Source: a virus
Virus record (IMG/VR): IMGVR_UViG_3300038461_000101
Span: 1-64,000 of that record
Reading direction: 5' to 3' (one strand)
Length of the DNA stretch: 64,000 nucleotides
Part shown: piece by piece, positions 37,760-47,275 of the stretch
Layout of the letters: each line of letters begins with the position of its first letter
Position numbering within the stretch: the stretch's first letter is position 1
Notes under the pieces: model-generated
The model's database searches: none
Seen by the model: the letters and a program-made list of their open reading frames with translations, nothing else
What the model was told of the DNA's origin: nothing
Position numbers and translations under genes: made by a program

Positions 37760-38095
37760 ATGAATATCAAGTTAGCAGAAGCGTTATTGCGGCGGAAAGA
37801 ATTGCAAGCTAAGGTGGATCAGCTCCATACCATCCTCCCGGCACAGCTTTACGAACTGAAGGTTGCTCGGCGCAACATCAATGAGACCGTTGACGACATC
37901 ACGGCCCAGGTGCCTCGCCTGAATGCAGCCCAGGTCACTTCCGAGTATGACTTCTATGCTCGGCAGCTGCGCCTCGTGGATGCGGCCATCCAGCAAGCAA
38001 ATTGGACGACCACCCTGGAAGTGGGCGAATCTGTCATGGCTGATTGGTCTGGCCCTGCAGCTGTGCAGGGTTCCACTCTTCCTTTGAAGAAATAG
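37760..38095 (+). CDS. DIP1984-like coiled-coil protein
   Basis: AAAGGAG SD. KLAEALLRRKELQ at the N-terminus and AIQQANWTT near the C-terminus match the family's KLAEAL..R / I...N..T pattern. Confidence 0.75.
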   Translation: MNIKLAEALLRRKELQAKVDQLHTILPAQLYELKVARRNINETVDDITAQVPRLNAAQVTSEYDFYARQLRLVDAAIQQANWTTTLEVGESVMADWSGPAAVQGSTLPLKK

Positions 38096-38098
38096 AAT

Positions 38099-38417
38099 GT
38101 TTGGCGGGTCTCTGGTGATTGAGAGTGCGTTGGGTAAAGGCCGCTCGGAGCCTAAATCCGTAGGGAATGGCCGTTCCCATAGCGAACTGAAGCAGAACAG
38201 TAAACCTGCGCCTCCAATGCTAATGGAGCATTCGAAATGTCCACCACGTTGGGCACTTTGAACCGGGCACCGGTTGCCTTGAAGCCGGGTAACTCCGATT
38301 ATCCTAACCACTACTCTTTCATATCCGATTGGCCGACTGTGATTATCTGAGAACTCCGACTGTGATCCAGCCCGACTAACCAAGCCCAGGCTCTCTTTCA
38401 CCAGAGACCCGCCAAAC
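38099..38417 (+). ncRNA. Putative structured ncRNA (~320 nt) of unknown class
   Basis: Perfect 20 bp closing stem (38099-38118 with 38398-38417), internal hairpins, five CCGAYT repeats. Lies between a stop codon and a terminator. Confidence 0.7.
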
Positions 38418-38429
38418 CCATATAATCAA

Positions 38430-38463
38430 AACCGCCTCCAGCAATGGAGGCGGTTCTTATTTT
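38430..38463. terminator. Bidirectional Rho-independent terminator between the two convergent arms
   Basis: AACCGCCTCCA-GCAA-TGGAGGCGGTT, A-rich on the left and T-rich on the right. Confidence 0.85.
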
Positions 38464-38482
38464 AGTGCTAGATCAAAATTAT

Positions 38483-38899
38483 CTAATGAATACCCTTGGG
38501 GCCGGTTGCACCAGTTGGACCCTGAGGATAGATCTTGGAATGATATTTGGTAAGCACTTGCATATTGCGCTTCAAGACTGCCACTTGGACATCAACAGGT
38601 TGTGGCAGGATCATGAAGACTGGCTGGTTCACGATAATGAACATGAGCATGGTGGCAACGTAGGTAGACCATGTTACCGGCTGAGTGGCCGTGATCACAC
38701 CAAGTTGGATCAGCAAGGTGATCACAGCTCCGGTCGCCAGAGTCACGCCGAGCATAATTAGGCTCTTATAGCCAGCCAGGAGCCCTGCATACCAGACCCG
38801 GAAGACCGGGATCCAGGCAAAGGTGGCTGCCAGCACCAGGCCAGCGATCGCTGCAATACCAACGGGGGTAAAACTTACGGGCGGAATTACGATATTCAT
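38483..38899 (-). CDS. Holin-like three-TM membrane protein
   Basis: AGGAGAG SD, three hydrophobic helices, located in the lysis cassette. Confidence 0.6.
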   Translation of the reverse strand: MNIVIPPVSFTPVGIAAIAGLVLAATFAWIPVFRVWYAGLLAGYKSLIMLGVTLATGAVITLLIQLGVITATQPVTWSTYVATMLMFIIVNQPVFMILPQPVDVQVAVLKRNMQVLTKYHSKIYPQGPTGATGPKGIH

Positions 38900-38953
38900 T
38901 TTGCTCTCCTTTACTATATCCGGCCATGGCCGGTTGACAAACCGTTTACACAA

Positions 38954-39379
38954 TCATACCCCTTTTAGCAGAACGTGAATGACCAATAGGACAAACGAGA
39001 TGGAGCTGATGACAAAGCCCCCAACGGCCAATCCAGTTGCCAGGTTGACAGACTTCGTTGATGCTTTTGTGTCTAACGTCAACTTGAAGTCTTGTAGGGA
39101 ACGTATCTCTAGCTCAATTTGTTTTTGATATAACTCATGTGACTCCTTGGTGAAATAGGTAGCACGCTGATCGCGCAGGGCTTCCCGCAATTCATTCATG
39201 CCATCAAGCCGCTTGTCCATTGCTGCAAGTGCGAGTCTACGAGCTTCTTCCATGGAGTCTATTCGTGTTTTGAATAATTCCTCCACCTTGGAGATCCATA
39301 AGGTAAAGAACTTCTCCAATGCAAGCAAAGTCATGCCTCCTACATGCTCAGGTTTACAACTTGGATCAGGGTTTGACAT
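38954..39379 (-). CDS. Coiled-coil protein with C-terminal TM (lysis-associated)
   Basis: GGAG SD, AMDKRLDGMNELR coiled coil, C-terminal hydrophobic helix. Confidence 0.7.
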   Translation of the reverse strand: MSNPDPSCKPEHVGGMTLLALEKFFTLWISKVEELFKTRIDSMEEARRLALAAMDKRLDGMNELREALRDQRATYFTKESHELYQKQIELEIRSLQDFKLTLDTKASTKSVNLATGLAVGGFVISSISFVLLVIHVLLKGV

Positions 39380-40211
39380 AGCTCCATCCTGCTGGCATAA
39401 CATGCCCACAATTTGGACAAAGAAGTGCTGGAGTAGGTGGTGGTGGTACAACTGGAGCCGGAAGAGTTTTCGCCCAATCAATATCCAGAGACTTGCCTTC
39501 GCCTATTCCGGGTGGTGTCGGCCAGATTGGGATGGCATTTCCATTACCAGCATATTGCCACTTATCCCAATCTTTCCAGGGGGGAGGAACCTTGATGTAT
39601 TGCTGTGCAGCATACCAGGCCAGCCAGAACTTATAGGCAGCCCAACCGGGATCGGGTGTCATCCACTGTAGCCAGTAGTAATAGCCGCTATAGATGTCAG
39701 GGGTCAATCCCAATCCTTTCTGAACACCAGTGAGCCAGTTCCAGACGTTGCCTTCAACAACAGCCCTGCTCATGGTCAATGGTTGGCTCAGGCTCATCAA
39801 CCTGTATTTCAAGGGCCTTCGAGGAGAACCGATCAGTCTGCGTGTTTTGGGCATTACGTCGATGATCACGCCTCGGTTGCCACCATACTTGGTTGCATAA
39901 TTGGTGGGATCCATTTCAAGGTCGAGTACAGGGGCTGCCTGACCTGGATCTGGTTTCATCAACGAAATGAAGAAGGCAGTCTGGAGAGGAAGAGAGAAAC
40001 GCCAGTCAAGGAAGGCGTATCCGCCCCATGGCAATCCAACTGCTTCTGCACCAGCTCGGTATTCCAGGAAGCGTTTGTCGATATTCGTACCCCAACAAAC
40101 ACGCAGATAGACGAAACTGTAAAGAGCCTTGAGCTTTACAAAGTCTACCGGCCCGTTGTATTCCGAAAGATCACAGAAAGCATAATAGGCCGCCAAATCA
40201 GTTGGGTTCAT
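39366..40211 (-). CDS. Endolysin, glycoside hydrolase family 25 muramidase
   Basis: DLSEYNG.VDF, G.Y.F, VLDLE (DxE), IYS, WLAWY, WQY, D.D. Confidence 0.9.
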   Translation of the reverse strand: MNPTDLAAYYAFCDLSEYNGPVDFVKLKALYSFVYLRVCWGTNIDKRFLEYRAGAEAVGLPWGGYAFLDWRFSLPLQTAFFISLMKPDPGQAAPVLDLEMDPTNYATKYGGNRGVIIDVMPKTRRLIGSPRRPLKYRLMSLSQPLTMSRAVVEGNVWNWLTGVQKGLGLTPDIYSGYYYWLQWMTPDPGWAAYKFWLAWYAAQQYIKVPPPWKDWDKWQYAGNGNAIPIWPTPPGIGEGKSLDIDWAKTLPAPVVPPPPTPALLCPNCGHVMPAGWSYVKP

Positions 40212-40948
40212 AATGCCTTCAGATCTGCCAGTAACTGGCTGTAATTGAAACCGGGCGCATATTCTGGCTTCAGGGCTTCTTCAGGGAGGATGGCATATGC
40301 CTCCTCCACACAGCAGTCCCACCAGGACCAGGTTGCCCGTTGAACAGCACCCCAGGTAAGGACACTGACGCTGGAGCTGTCATAGGTGGTGGCAAAGACT
40401 GCATGACCATCTTGCGTCAATGGCCCCGGAGTCCATTCTTTACCTTCATTGAAGTCCTTGATGCAGTTTTCCTGCACCTGGAACCCAATATATACCCCAC
40501 CATATAACCAGTTTGCCAACATGATCTGGTCATGGTTTGTGGGCTTGATGCTAACAAAGGCACCAATCTTTTCACCAAAGACCGAATGCTTACGGATGTA
40601 ATTCAATACATCCAACTCGTTTAGCCCATTATCTATACCATGGGCCAACCAGAGATACTTGGCGATAACGCTCCGGGATGAAGCAATTTCTTTCTTTCCC
40701 AGGAGCCCATGGTAGATCGTAGACGCATGGGCTACACCAGCGAACGTACAGTCCCCGTACCGATCATTTCCATCCATTGGAAAAAGCACGGATGGATCTG
40801 AGATCTTCAAGTTCTGGTACACCCGGGTAAGAGAACTATATGCAGTTGGGGGTGTTGGGAAAGTCACTCCAAGATAATTCTCAAAGTTCAGGGTACGGTA
40901 ATGGGGATCGTTCTTTACAGCCAACTTGCCAAACTTCAGGTCGTTCAT
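40208..40948 (-). CDS. Papain-like cysteine peptidase
   Basis: GNDRYGDCTFAG (Cys), GHAV (His), TWG. Confidence 0.7.
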   Translation of the reverse strand: MNDLKFGKLAVKNDPHYRTLNFENYLGVTFPTPPTAYSSLTRVYQNLKISDPSVLFPMDGNDRYGDCTFAGVAHASTIYHGLLGKKEIASSRSVIAKYLWLAHGIDNGLNELDVLNYIRKHSVFGEKIGAFVSIKPTNHDQIMLANWLYGGVYIGFQVQENCIKDFNEGKEWTPGPLTQDGHAVFATTYDSSSVSVLTWGAVQRATWSWWDCCVEEAYAILPEEALKPEYAPGFNYSQLLADLKAL

Positions 40949-41172
40949 TGAGGTTCCTCCTTATAGGGTGCTACTTGGAACTGGACAACGATTAGGCTTC
41001 CAGAGATATTGCCGACCGTCATTGGTGCCAGGGCTGGTACAGCGGCATGTGTCCAGCCAGTTTTCCGACAGAGCTCAATGTACATCTGATTGAACTCGTC
41101 AGCCGTGTAGGTCTTCTTTTCTCTGAGGACTTTTGCTACTGCTTCCTCGATCTGCGGAGTTTTCTTATCCAT
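40945..41172 (-). CDS. Hypothetical protein
   Basis: AAAGGA SD before MDKKTP. Confidence 0.6.
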   Translation of the reverse strand: MDKKTPQIEEAVAKVLREKKTYTADEFNQMYIELCRKTGWTHAAVPALAPMTVGNISGSLIVVQFQVAPYKEEPQ

Positions 41173-41183
41173 ATATATCCTTT

Positions 41184-42737
41184 CTATGAGGCGAATGCGC
41201 CAACACTGGCGGCTGCAGGAAGTCTGCGGCTGCGCCAATAACTGCCAAAGAGTGGGCTAATCGAACCAGTTGTTGCAGTAGCTTGGATCTTCAATGAAGT
41301 ACCTGCATTATTCTTTAGCCAGATTTTGAAGTGAGCATAATGTGTAGCGGCTGATAGAGAAGCTGTCGTAATTGTATATACTGCTGAAGTAGTCATTGCT
41401 TGAGCCTCAAGCATTGTAGCAGTTCCTGGAACTGCAGTCACACCAACAACCGGTGACATCTCAAAGAACACATTCATCTCGGTTGGTGCACCACTATTGG
41501 TCAACGTCCATACAATGGTAGATGCAGTGACCTTAGTAAACCATAATTCAATCTCGATTAAGTAATAGGCACTGGCTACCAGTGGGATGTTTGATGTCGT
41601 TCCAAAGAAGTTGGCAATGGTTGTTATCGAACCTGCTGAACTTTGCAGACTAAAGAATTGCTCAACAGGGATAATGCCACGGCCAGAGGTTACTTCATTG
41701 GTCATGTAGGAGTTGATGGAGTCATATTCTCGGGCTCCAGCCACCTGAGCAGAGAGAAGAATACCCGTTCCTTGGTAATAGGCAGGAGCCTGACCTGCAG
41801 TAGCGGTTCCAACCATGAATTTGACAGTACCCGTAAAGATAGCACCAGCTAGGAGAGCGCAAGCCAATAAGGTTTGTGCCTGAGCTACGGTCATGGCGAT
41901 AATGTCGCCTGTAGCAATTCTTCCTACAAAAGTGCTGGCCGGGACAGACATGGCAACTGGAGCCGCAGATCCTGATGTGTTATTTACTACCACTGTATCG
42001 GTAGCAATCGTTCCAAGATCACCAATCATATAAGCCAGAAGAGTTTTTGCCTGAGTAACTGTCATGGCTATGATGTTGCCAGATGCGATGCGGCCAACAA
42101 AAGTACTCGCTGCAACCGCCACAGCAGTAATAACGGCTGAACCGGCAGTGGCATTTGCCATAATGGTATTTGCAGCAACTGCAGCAAGATCACCGACCGC
42201 ATATGCAAGTAAGGTTTTTGCATTTGCCACAGACATGGCCGTGACACTACCGGAAGCCAAACGTCCTACGAAAGTGCTGGCAGCAATTGCGATCGCTGCT
42301 GGAGCTGCAGCACCTCCTGTATTATTTCCCATCAGGGTAGCATCAGCTACTGTGGCAAAATCTGCAAAGGTATAAGCCAACATCGTCTTTTGTTGGGCAA
42401 CGGTAAGGGCAACAACATGGCCTCCAGTAATGCGACCTATCACGGTTTGGGCTGGAACTGCGATTGCTACTGGTGCTGCATCCCCTGCTGTATTGTTGGC
42501 AAGAACAGTATCCGTGGCAATTACTGCCAGATCTCCAATGGCATAGGCAAGAAGGGTTTTGACCTGAGCAACTGAAAGGTCATCTATATGGCCCCCGGTA
42601 ATGCGTCCAAGCAGGGTCTGCTCAGCAAGGGTTACTGCTGAGGGAACTGCTGCACTGGCTGTGGCGTTGGCAAGGACTGTATCAGCTGCTTGCGTGTAAA
42701 GTTGCTTTAGCTTGATGCCTGTTGGTGTCGCTGGCAT
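41184..42737 (-). CDS. Virion fibre-like protein with about five tandem ~57 aa repeats
   Basis: Repeat unit LAY..GDL..IA..T...N.T...A.P.A..V.A.T.VGRI..G.I.A.TV.QAKTL, Ala/Thr rich. Confidence 0.75.
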   Translation of the reverse strand: MPATPTGIKLKQLYTQAADTVLANATASAAVPSAVTLAEQTLLGRITGGHIDDLSVAQVKTLLAYAIGDLAVIATDTVLANNTAGDAAPVAIAVPAQTVIGRITGGHVVALTVAQQKTMLAYTFADFATVADATLMGNNTGGAAAPAAIAIAASTFVGRLASGSVTAMSVANAKTLLAYAVGDLAAVAANTIMANATAGSAVITAVAVAASTFVGRIASGNIIAMTVTQAKTLLAYMIGDLGTIATDTVVVNNTSGSAAPVAMSVPASTFVGRIATGDIIAMTVAQAQTLLACALLAGAIFTGTVKFMVGTATAGQAPAYYQGTGILLSAQVAGAREYDSINSYMTNEVTSGRGIIPVEQFFSLQSSAGSITTIANFFGTTSNIPLVASAYYLIEIELWFTKVTASTIVWTLTNSGAPTEMNVFFEMSPVVGVTAVPGTATMLEAQAMTTSAVYTITTASLSAATHYAHFKIWLKNNAGTSLKIQATATTGSISPLFGSYWRSRRLPAAASVGAFAS

Positions 42738-43845
42738 TGGGATATTCCTTTTTTAGCCAATTCATATTGGTCTTTTCTGGATACTCTTTGTTCCATCCTT
42801 CCTTCTCCAGAAGGGAAGACAATCTATTGAAATACTCTCTATACATCATGCCACAGTGATCCATGGAAAAGTTGGCAATTGCATATTTTCGAATGACTTT
42901 GGGTTCAAAGTTTTCCAGATGTTGAGCTGCCCAAACAAAGTCATCTCTTACTGCACATCGCCAACCAGTTACTCCATGAATGATGGTCTCGGGATACACC
43001 CCAAAGTTGGATACGATCACTGGTGTTCCCGACATAGCTGCTTCGATAGTAACTCCCCCGAATGGTTCAAGATAGATGGTAGGCGAGAAGACTGCCTGGG
43101 CCTCGGCCAGGAGTTTTGCACGCTGTTTTGGATCATTGATCGGACCGAGGAACTCGATGTTTTTCCAATTGGAAAGTTCGACATCTTCCAGCTTTCCCTG
43201 ACCGGCTATGACCAATTTCTTCCCAAGCTGCTTGCAAATATCGGCTGCAATGTTGATACCCTTGCGATAGATCAACCGGCCAAGGTAAAGGAAGTAATCT
43301 TCTCGCTTGTCGGCAACGTAGAAGGCACGTGGATCAAAGTAATTGGGGATAACAGTGTCGAACCAGCGTCCGTTCTCGATCCCCTGCTTTCCATAGATGA
43401 AGTTCATCCAGGCATTACTTTCAAAGACAACATAGGGGGCAAAGGTTCCTGGATAACCCACGCCCGATTCTACCTGTAGGGGATAATCGGTCAGCCCACG
43501 GCTGATGTCGATCTGTCCAAAGGGGTAAAGGATTATGTCCTGGGGAGTTGAGTTGGCTCGGATCTCCCGAATGGCATTGATATTGAAGAGGCGGGAAGCA
43601 TCAGTTTCATCAATGTTATAGAAGTCTTCTGGCTTGACGTTCCCATAATCAATATCCCAATGCTTTCGAGAAAGAACCGTGATGTGCTTGCAACCAACTT
43701 CAGCCCCTTCAGTTCCATAATGGATTACTTCGAACCCCTCCTTTGGAAGCATCTTGCTGAGTTTCCAAACCTTCTGAGTATAGGCGCAGGTTTGCCACTT
43801 AGGAGAGGTGATTGTATGTGGAAGTCCGATCAGGTGAATTTTCAT
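42682..43845 (-). CDS. Glycosyltransferase family 4 (GT-B)
   Basis: YLGRL...KG, LVIAGQG, EPFGGVTIEAAMSGTPVI (Ex7E), ETIIHGVTG. Confidence 0.92.
   Translation of the reverse strand: MKIHLIGLPHTITSPKWQTCAYTQKVWKLSKMLPKEGFEVIHYGTEGAEVGCKHITVLSRKHWDIDYGNVKPEDFYNIDETDASRLFNINAIREIRANSTPQDIILYPFGQIDISRGLTDYPLQVESGVGYPGTFAPYVVFESNAWMNFIYGKQGIENGRWFDTVIPNYFDPRAFYVADKREDYFLYLGRLIYRKGINIAADICKQLGKKLVIAGQGKLEDVELSNWKNIEFLGPINDPKQRAKLLAEAQAVFSPTIYLEPFGGVTIEAAMSGTPVIVSNFGVYPETIIHGVTGWRCAVRDDFVWAAQHLENFEPKVIRKYAIANFSMDHCGMMYREYFNRLSSLLEKEGWNKEYPEKTNMNWLKKEYPNASDTNRHQAKATLHASS
43162..43175. repeat. TTCCAATTGGAA palindrome copy 7 (14 bp)
   Basis: Exact match. Confidence 0.85.
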
Positions 43846-43846
43846 T

Positions 43847-44683
43847 TTAGAGTATCCCGTATATGGCCTTTAGATATAGTTCAACATCATTGCGGTGAGA
43901 ATCACTTATGCTTTCATGATAGCACAAAAATGCTGCCATATCGCCATTGTATTTGCCATCGTTGCCAAGGTTGATGGTACCGATCGTAGGATCATTCCAG
44001 TTCCAGGTAGCCAGATCTGGATTGGTATGAGTGGTTATAAGAGAACCATTCTTATAATACTTTACAGTTCGTCCAGTTACTACATCCTGCGTATGGACAA
44101 ACTCAAGTATGACTGGATTGGTATCAGGCAACGTGAAGTCAACCGTATCGGCTCCAGTATCATCCCACTGTCCAGTGCTATAGTTACGCAGCCATTCTGG
44201 ACCAGTGTTGGGTGCACCATCAAAGATACCTATTGGATTGACAGTGGCAGGCTTGAGCACAAAGAAGTAGGAGGAACTGTTTCCTGGAGCCATTGTAGCA
44301 AACTTGAGATAGAGTGAATTGGCACCGTCAAAGCGATAGACTGATCGACCATTGATAATGTTGGTCTTGTAGGTCGGTCTATTCGCTGCCGATGTCTGCA
44401 AACCGTGCATGGCAGCTGCACTTTGATCGGTTGCCTTGTAAACTGTATCTCCATCCACGCAGAGAGTAACACCATTGTCCTTGTAGGATTGGAGTCGAGC
44501 TTCCACCCAGGTTGACAGGTTGGTCTGGTAGGCCAGGGCTGGATCTGTATTGGTAATTGCCTTTTGGATGCTCACAAATAACATCGTAGTACCAGTACAA
44601 ACGAAGGTGAGTAGATCAACCGAGTTCTTATAAGTGGACAAGGATGGTGCGGTATTGGAGGGCCAGTAAAAGGCAGAGTTCCA
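43847..44683 (-). CDS. LamG/concanavalin-like beta-sandwich, probably the frameshifted C-terminal part of the collagen fibre
   Basis: ANRPTY..N.INGR...RFDG...YLKAIYGI pattern. The frame begins WNSAFYWP at about 44683 and completes the domain started in the upstream ORF. Confidence 0.65.
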   Translation of the reverse strand, partial: WNSAFYWPSNTAPSLSTYKNSVDLLTFVCTGTTMLFVSIQKAITNTDPALAYQTNLSTWVEARLQSYKDNGVTLCVDGDTVYKATDQSAAAMHGLQTSAANRPTYKTNIINGRSVYRFDGANSLYLKFATMAPGNSSSYFFVLKPATVNPIGIFDGAPNTGPEWLRNYSTGQWDDTGADTVDFTLPDTNPVILEFVHTQDVVTGRTVKYYKNGSLITTHTNPDLATWNWNDPTIGTINLGNDGKYNGDMAAFLCYHESISDSHRNDVELYLKAIYGIL

Positions 44684-47268
44684 GAAGTAATGGTTCGGCC
44701 ACCAGTACCATCCTGAATGATCTCAAGGAAGTATTGTTGACCGGCCACCATATTACTTGGAAGACCCATGATGCGACTGGCTCCAAGAGTAACCTTAGCA
44801 CTTCCAAGAGAGCAGTCCCAGGCAATTGTGGCTGCATCTGTGAGTGTCTGGAAGTTGGTTCCACCACTGGCTACTACCTGAACCCATCCAGCATTCTTTC
44901 GAGCATATTGATTGCCATCGGTCGGAGCTTCTGGCATTCCAGCCCAGGTTGACATATGTCCATAGGACACGATGATCACATCGGTCGACTCCGGGGCTAC
45001 TGCCATGGTGAATGTACCAGCAGCAGGATTGGTTTCTACCCATCCCTCAGAGGATCCTTGGGTAAGAGCCTGACCGTTGAGAAGTACCAGTAAAGTGCCT
45101 GAGACATAAGAACCCTGCGAAACCGTGTAAAGGCAGTTCACACTGTTTCTGGCACCTGCTAGTGTGCCATAAGATGGAGTAGTACCACCAGCCTCATCAA
45201 TGTAGAAAGTATTGCTGGCAGGGCCTGATGCTCCCGATGGGCCTGTAGGACCGCTTGCACCAGGGGCACCTGAAGCTCCAGAAGGTCCCGTTGCTCCAGT
45301 TGGACCTCCTGCTGGGCCGGTTGGGCCTGAAGGTCCGGTTGGACCCGATGGCCCGGAAGGACCAGTTGCACCATTAGAACCTGCAGTTCCTGATGGCCCT
45401 GTGGCACCGGTTGGGCCACCTGCTGGACCCGTAGCACCAGATGGACCAGCTGCTCCTGATGGGCCTGTATTTCCTGTGGCACCCTGACCGCCCGCTGGCC
45501 CGGTAAGTCCCTGTGGCCCTGTAGGGCCTGAAGGACCCTGTGGCCCGGTAAAGCTGGCTCCCGTAGCTCCCTGAGGGCCTGTAGCTCCTGTGGGGCCACC
45601 AGCAGGGCCTGTTTGTCCGATAGGCCCGGTCGGGCCACTAGGCCCATTACTTCCTGCAGGCCCGGTCGATCCAATTTCACCAGTAACATTCAAAGTCCAT
45701 GTACCAAGAGTTCCAGTACCTACGAATAGATCAGAAGTGAAATGAACAGTCGATCCATCCCAGGATGTGATGATACCTTCCATCCAATGGGTAGTGTCGT
45801 AGACTGCTCTAATGCGCATTCCAATATTCCAGCCAACAGCAGCAGCAGTAAGAAAAGCCTTGTCGCCCGTTCCCAATAAGACAGATGTTGTTGAAGTGGC
45901 CTTTAGGCCAAGGCCATTAGTACCATTGGTACCAGAAGTTCCAGATGCACCAATCGGCCCGGTGGGACCAGAAGGACCTGTCAATCCAATTTCACCCGCA
46001 ATACCTAATGACCAGATGGCATATTCATTTGGAGCACCACTACAAATATCAACGGTGATCTCAGCAGTAGGATAGTTCCATCCAGTCAGAACACCTTCCA
46101 TCCAGAATGCAGGTGAAGCAGTAGCACGGATCCTTTGATAAGCAATCCAGCCAGTATTATTTCCAATCGTAAAGGTTTTTACACCAAGCCCGATCGTTTG
46201 GTTGGTTGTGGAAGAACTGGTTATCCCAAGTCCAGTTGGACCACTGGCTCCTGTAGGACCTCCAGGCCCTGTGGGGCCAGAGTGTCCTGAAGCACCTGAT
46301 GGTCCTGTTGCTCCGGTCGGGCCTCCAGCGGGGCCAGTAGCTCCTGCAGGTCCAGAAGGCCCGGTAGCACCAGTCGGCCCTCCTGCAGGGCCAGTAGCAC
46401 CGGCTGGCCCGGTTGCACCACTAGGCCCGGATGGGCCAGTTGGTCCTGAATGACCAGACGCACCCGATGGGCCGCTTGGCCCGGTCGGGCCACCAGGATC
46501 TCCCGGTGCACCAGGAATACCAATACCAGGAGGCCCTACGGGGCCTGAAGGTCCGGTCGGCCCGGTGGCTCCTGCAGGCCCGGATGGGCCAGAGGGTCCA
46601 GTTGGTCCAGAAGGGCCACCATTGGGGCCTGTAGGCCCTGTGGCTCCCGTAGGCCCACCAGCAGGCCCGGTTGGTCCTGTGGGGCCTGTAGCACCTCCTG
46701 GCGAACCTGCAGGGCCACTTGCACCTATGGGGCCAGTATTCCCAGGCTCACCAGCAATAACAATGTTCCAGGCTGAGTAAGTACCACTACCTTTGATGCG
46801 ATCAGCCTGAATATGTAGATCTCCCCATATATTCGAGAAGAATGTGCATGGGCCTTCAAGCCAATTATTTTCATCAAAGGCTGCTCGTAAACGAACTCCG
46901 ATCGCAAAAGCTGCTGTAAGAGGTGCGCCAATGAAGTGAGCATCACCAAGGGCAATGGTAATACTGGTGGTAGATGTTCCAATAACTCCCGGGCCAGTGG
47001 CTCCCGTAGCTCCTGGAGTTGCAGGGCCGGTTGGCCCTGAATGACCAGATGGCCCGGTTGGACCTGTGGCACCACCAGCAGGGCCAGTGGGACCGCTTGG
47101 ACCAGTGGCTCCAGGTGAACCAGCGATCAACGCTGCATGTTCGGCTGCAGTCAAATGATAGGCTTCAACGGGGCCGGTAAGAGATGGAGCTTTACCACCT
47201 TGAAGACCAGCGAGGTCATTATGGTTGAAGGATCCAGCAGTGCTTTTAGGAGTGGGTACGCCAGCCAT
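44572..47268 (-). CDS. Collagen-like tail/virion fibre protein with three repeated beta domains and a foldon
   Basis: Long GPT/GAT/GPS triplet runs, three ~80 aa TSTT...W(L/M)EG...W...GE domains, and [20 protein letters not shown] resembling the T4 fibritin foldon. Confidence 0.85.
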   Translation of the reverse strand: MAGVPTPKSTAGSFNHNDLAGLQGGKAPSLTGPVEAYHLTAAEHAALIAGSPGATGPSGPTGPAGGATGPTGPSGHSGPTGPATPGATGATGPGVIGTSTTSITIALGDAHFIGAPLTAAFAIGVRLRAAFDENNWLEGPCTFFSNIWGDLHIQADRIKGSGTYSAWNIVIAGEPGNTGPIGASGPAGSPGGATGPTGPTGPAGGPTGATGPTGPNGGPSGPTGPSGPSGPAGATGPTGPSGPVGPPGIGIPGAPGDPGGPTGPSGPSGASGHSGPTGPSGPSGATGPAGATGPAGGPTGATGPSGPAGATGPAGGPTGATGPSGASGHSGPTGPGGPTGASGPTGLGITSSSTTNQTIGLGVKTFTIGNNTGWIAYQRIRATASPAFWMEGVLTGWNYPTAEITVDICSGAPNEYAIWSLGIAGEIGLTGPSGPTGPIGASGTSGTNGTNGLGLKATSTTSVLLGTGDKAFLTAAAVGWNIGMRIRAVYDTTHWMEGIITSWDGSTVHFTSDLFVGTGTLGTWTLNVTGEIGSTGPAGSNGPSGPTGPIGQTGPAGGPTGATGPQGATGASFTGPQGPSGPTGPQGLTGPAGGQGATGNTGPSGAAGPSGATGPAGGPTGATGPSGTAGSNGATGPSGPSGPTGPSGPTGPAGGPTGATGPSGASGAPGASGPTGPSGASGPASNTFYIDEAGGTTPSYGTLAGARNSVNCLYTVSQGSYVSGTLLVLLNGQALTQGSSEGWVETNPAAGTFTMAVAPESTDVIIVSYGHMSTWAGMPEAPTDGNQYARKNAGWVQVVASGGTNFQTLTDAATIAWDCSLGSAKVTLGASRIMGLPSNMVAGQQYFLEIIQDGTGGRTITSGTLPFTGPPIPHHPCPLIRTRLIYSPSFVLVLRCYL

Positions 47269-47275
47269 TGGAACC

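Noticed and set aside
37784-38401. 205 aa - strand ORF spanning the putative ncRNA
   Set aside because: It is antisense to a well-supported gene, lies beyond the bidirectional terminator, and has no SD or recognisable motif. Likely a shadow ORF.
38099-38417. Interpretation as tRNA, tmRNA, RNase P RNA or CRISPR array
   Set aside because: No cloverleaf or T-loop, no tmRNA-like termini, no GAGGAAAGUCC motif. The repeats are 6-11 nt with irregular spacing, not repeat-spacer units.
38913-38940. TTGTCA-N16-TATAGT promoter-like sequence with a CCGGCCATGGCCGG palindrome upstream of the holin-like gene
   Set aside because: The implied start site would fall inside the SD and it is a single occurrence, so support is insufficient.
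45159-47075. Multiple overlapping ORFs, including + strand Gly-Pro-rich ORFs
   Set aside because: These are by-products of the GC-rich collagen triplet repeats on the opposite strand or in other frames.
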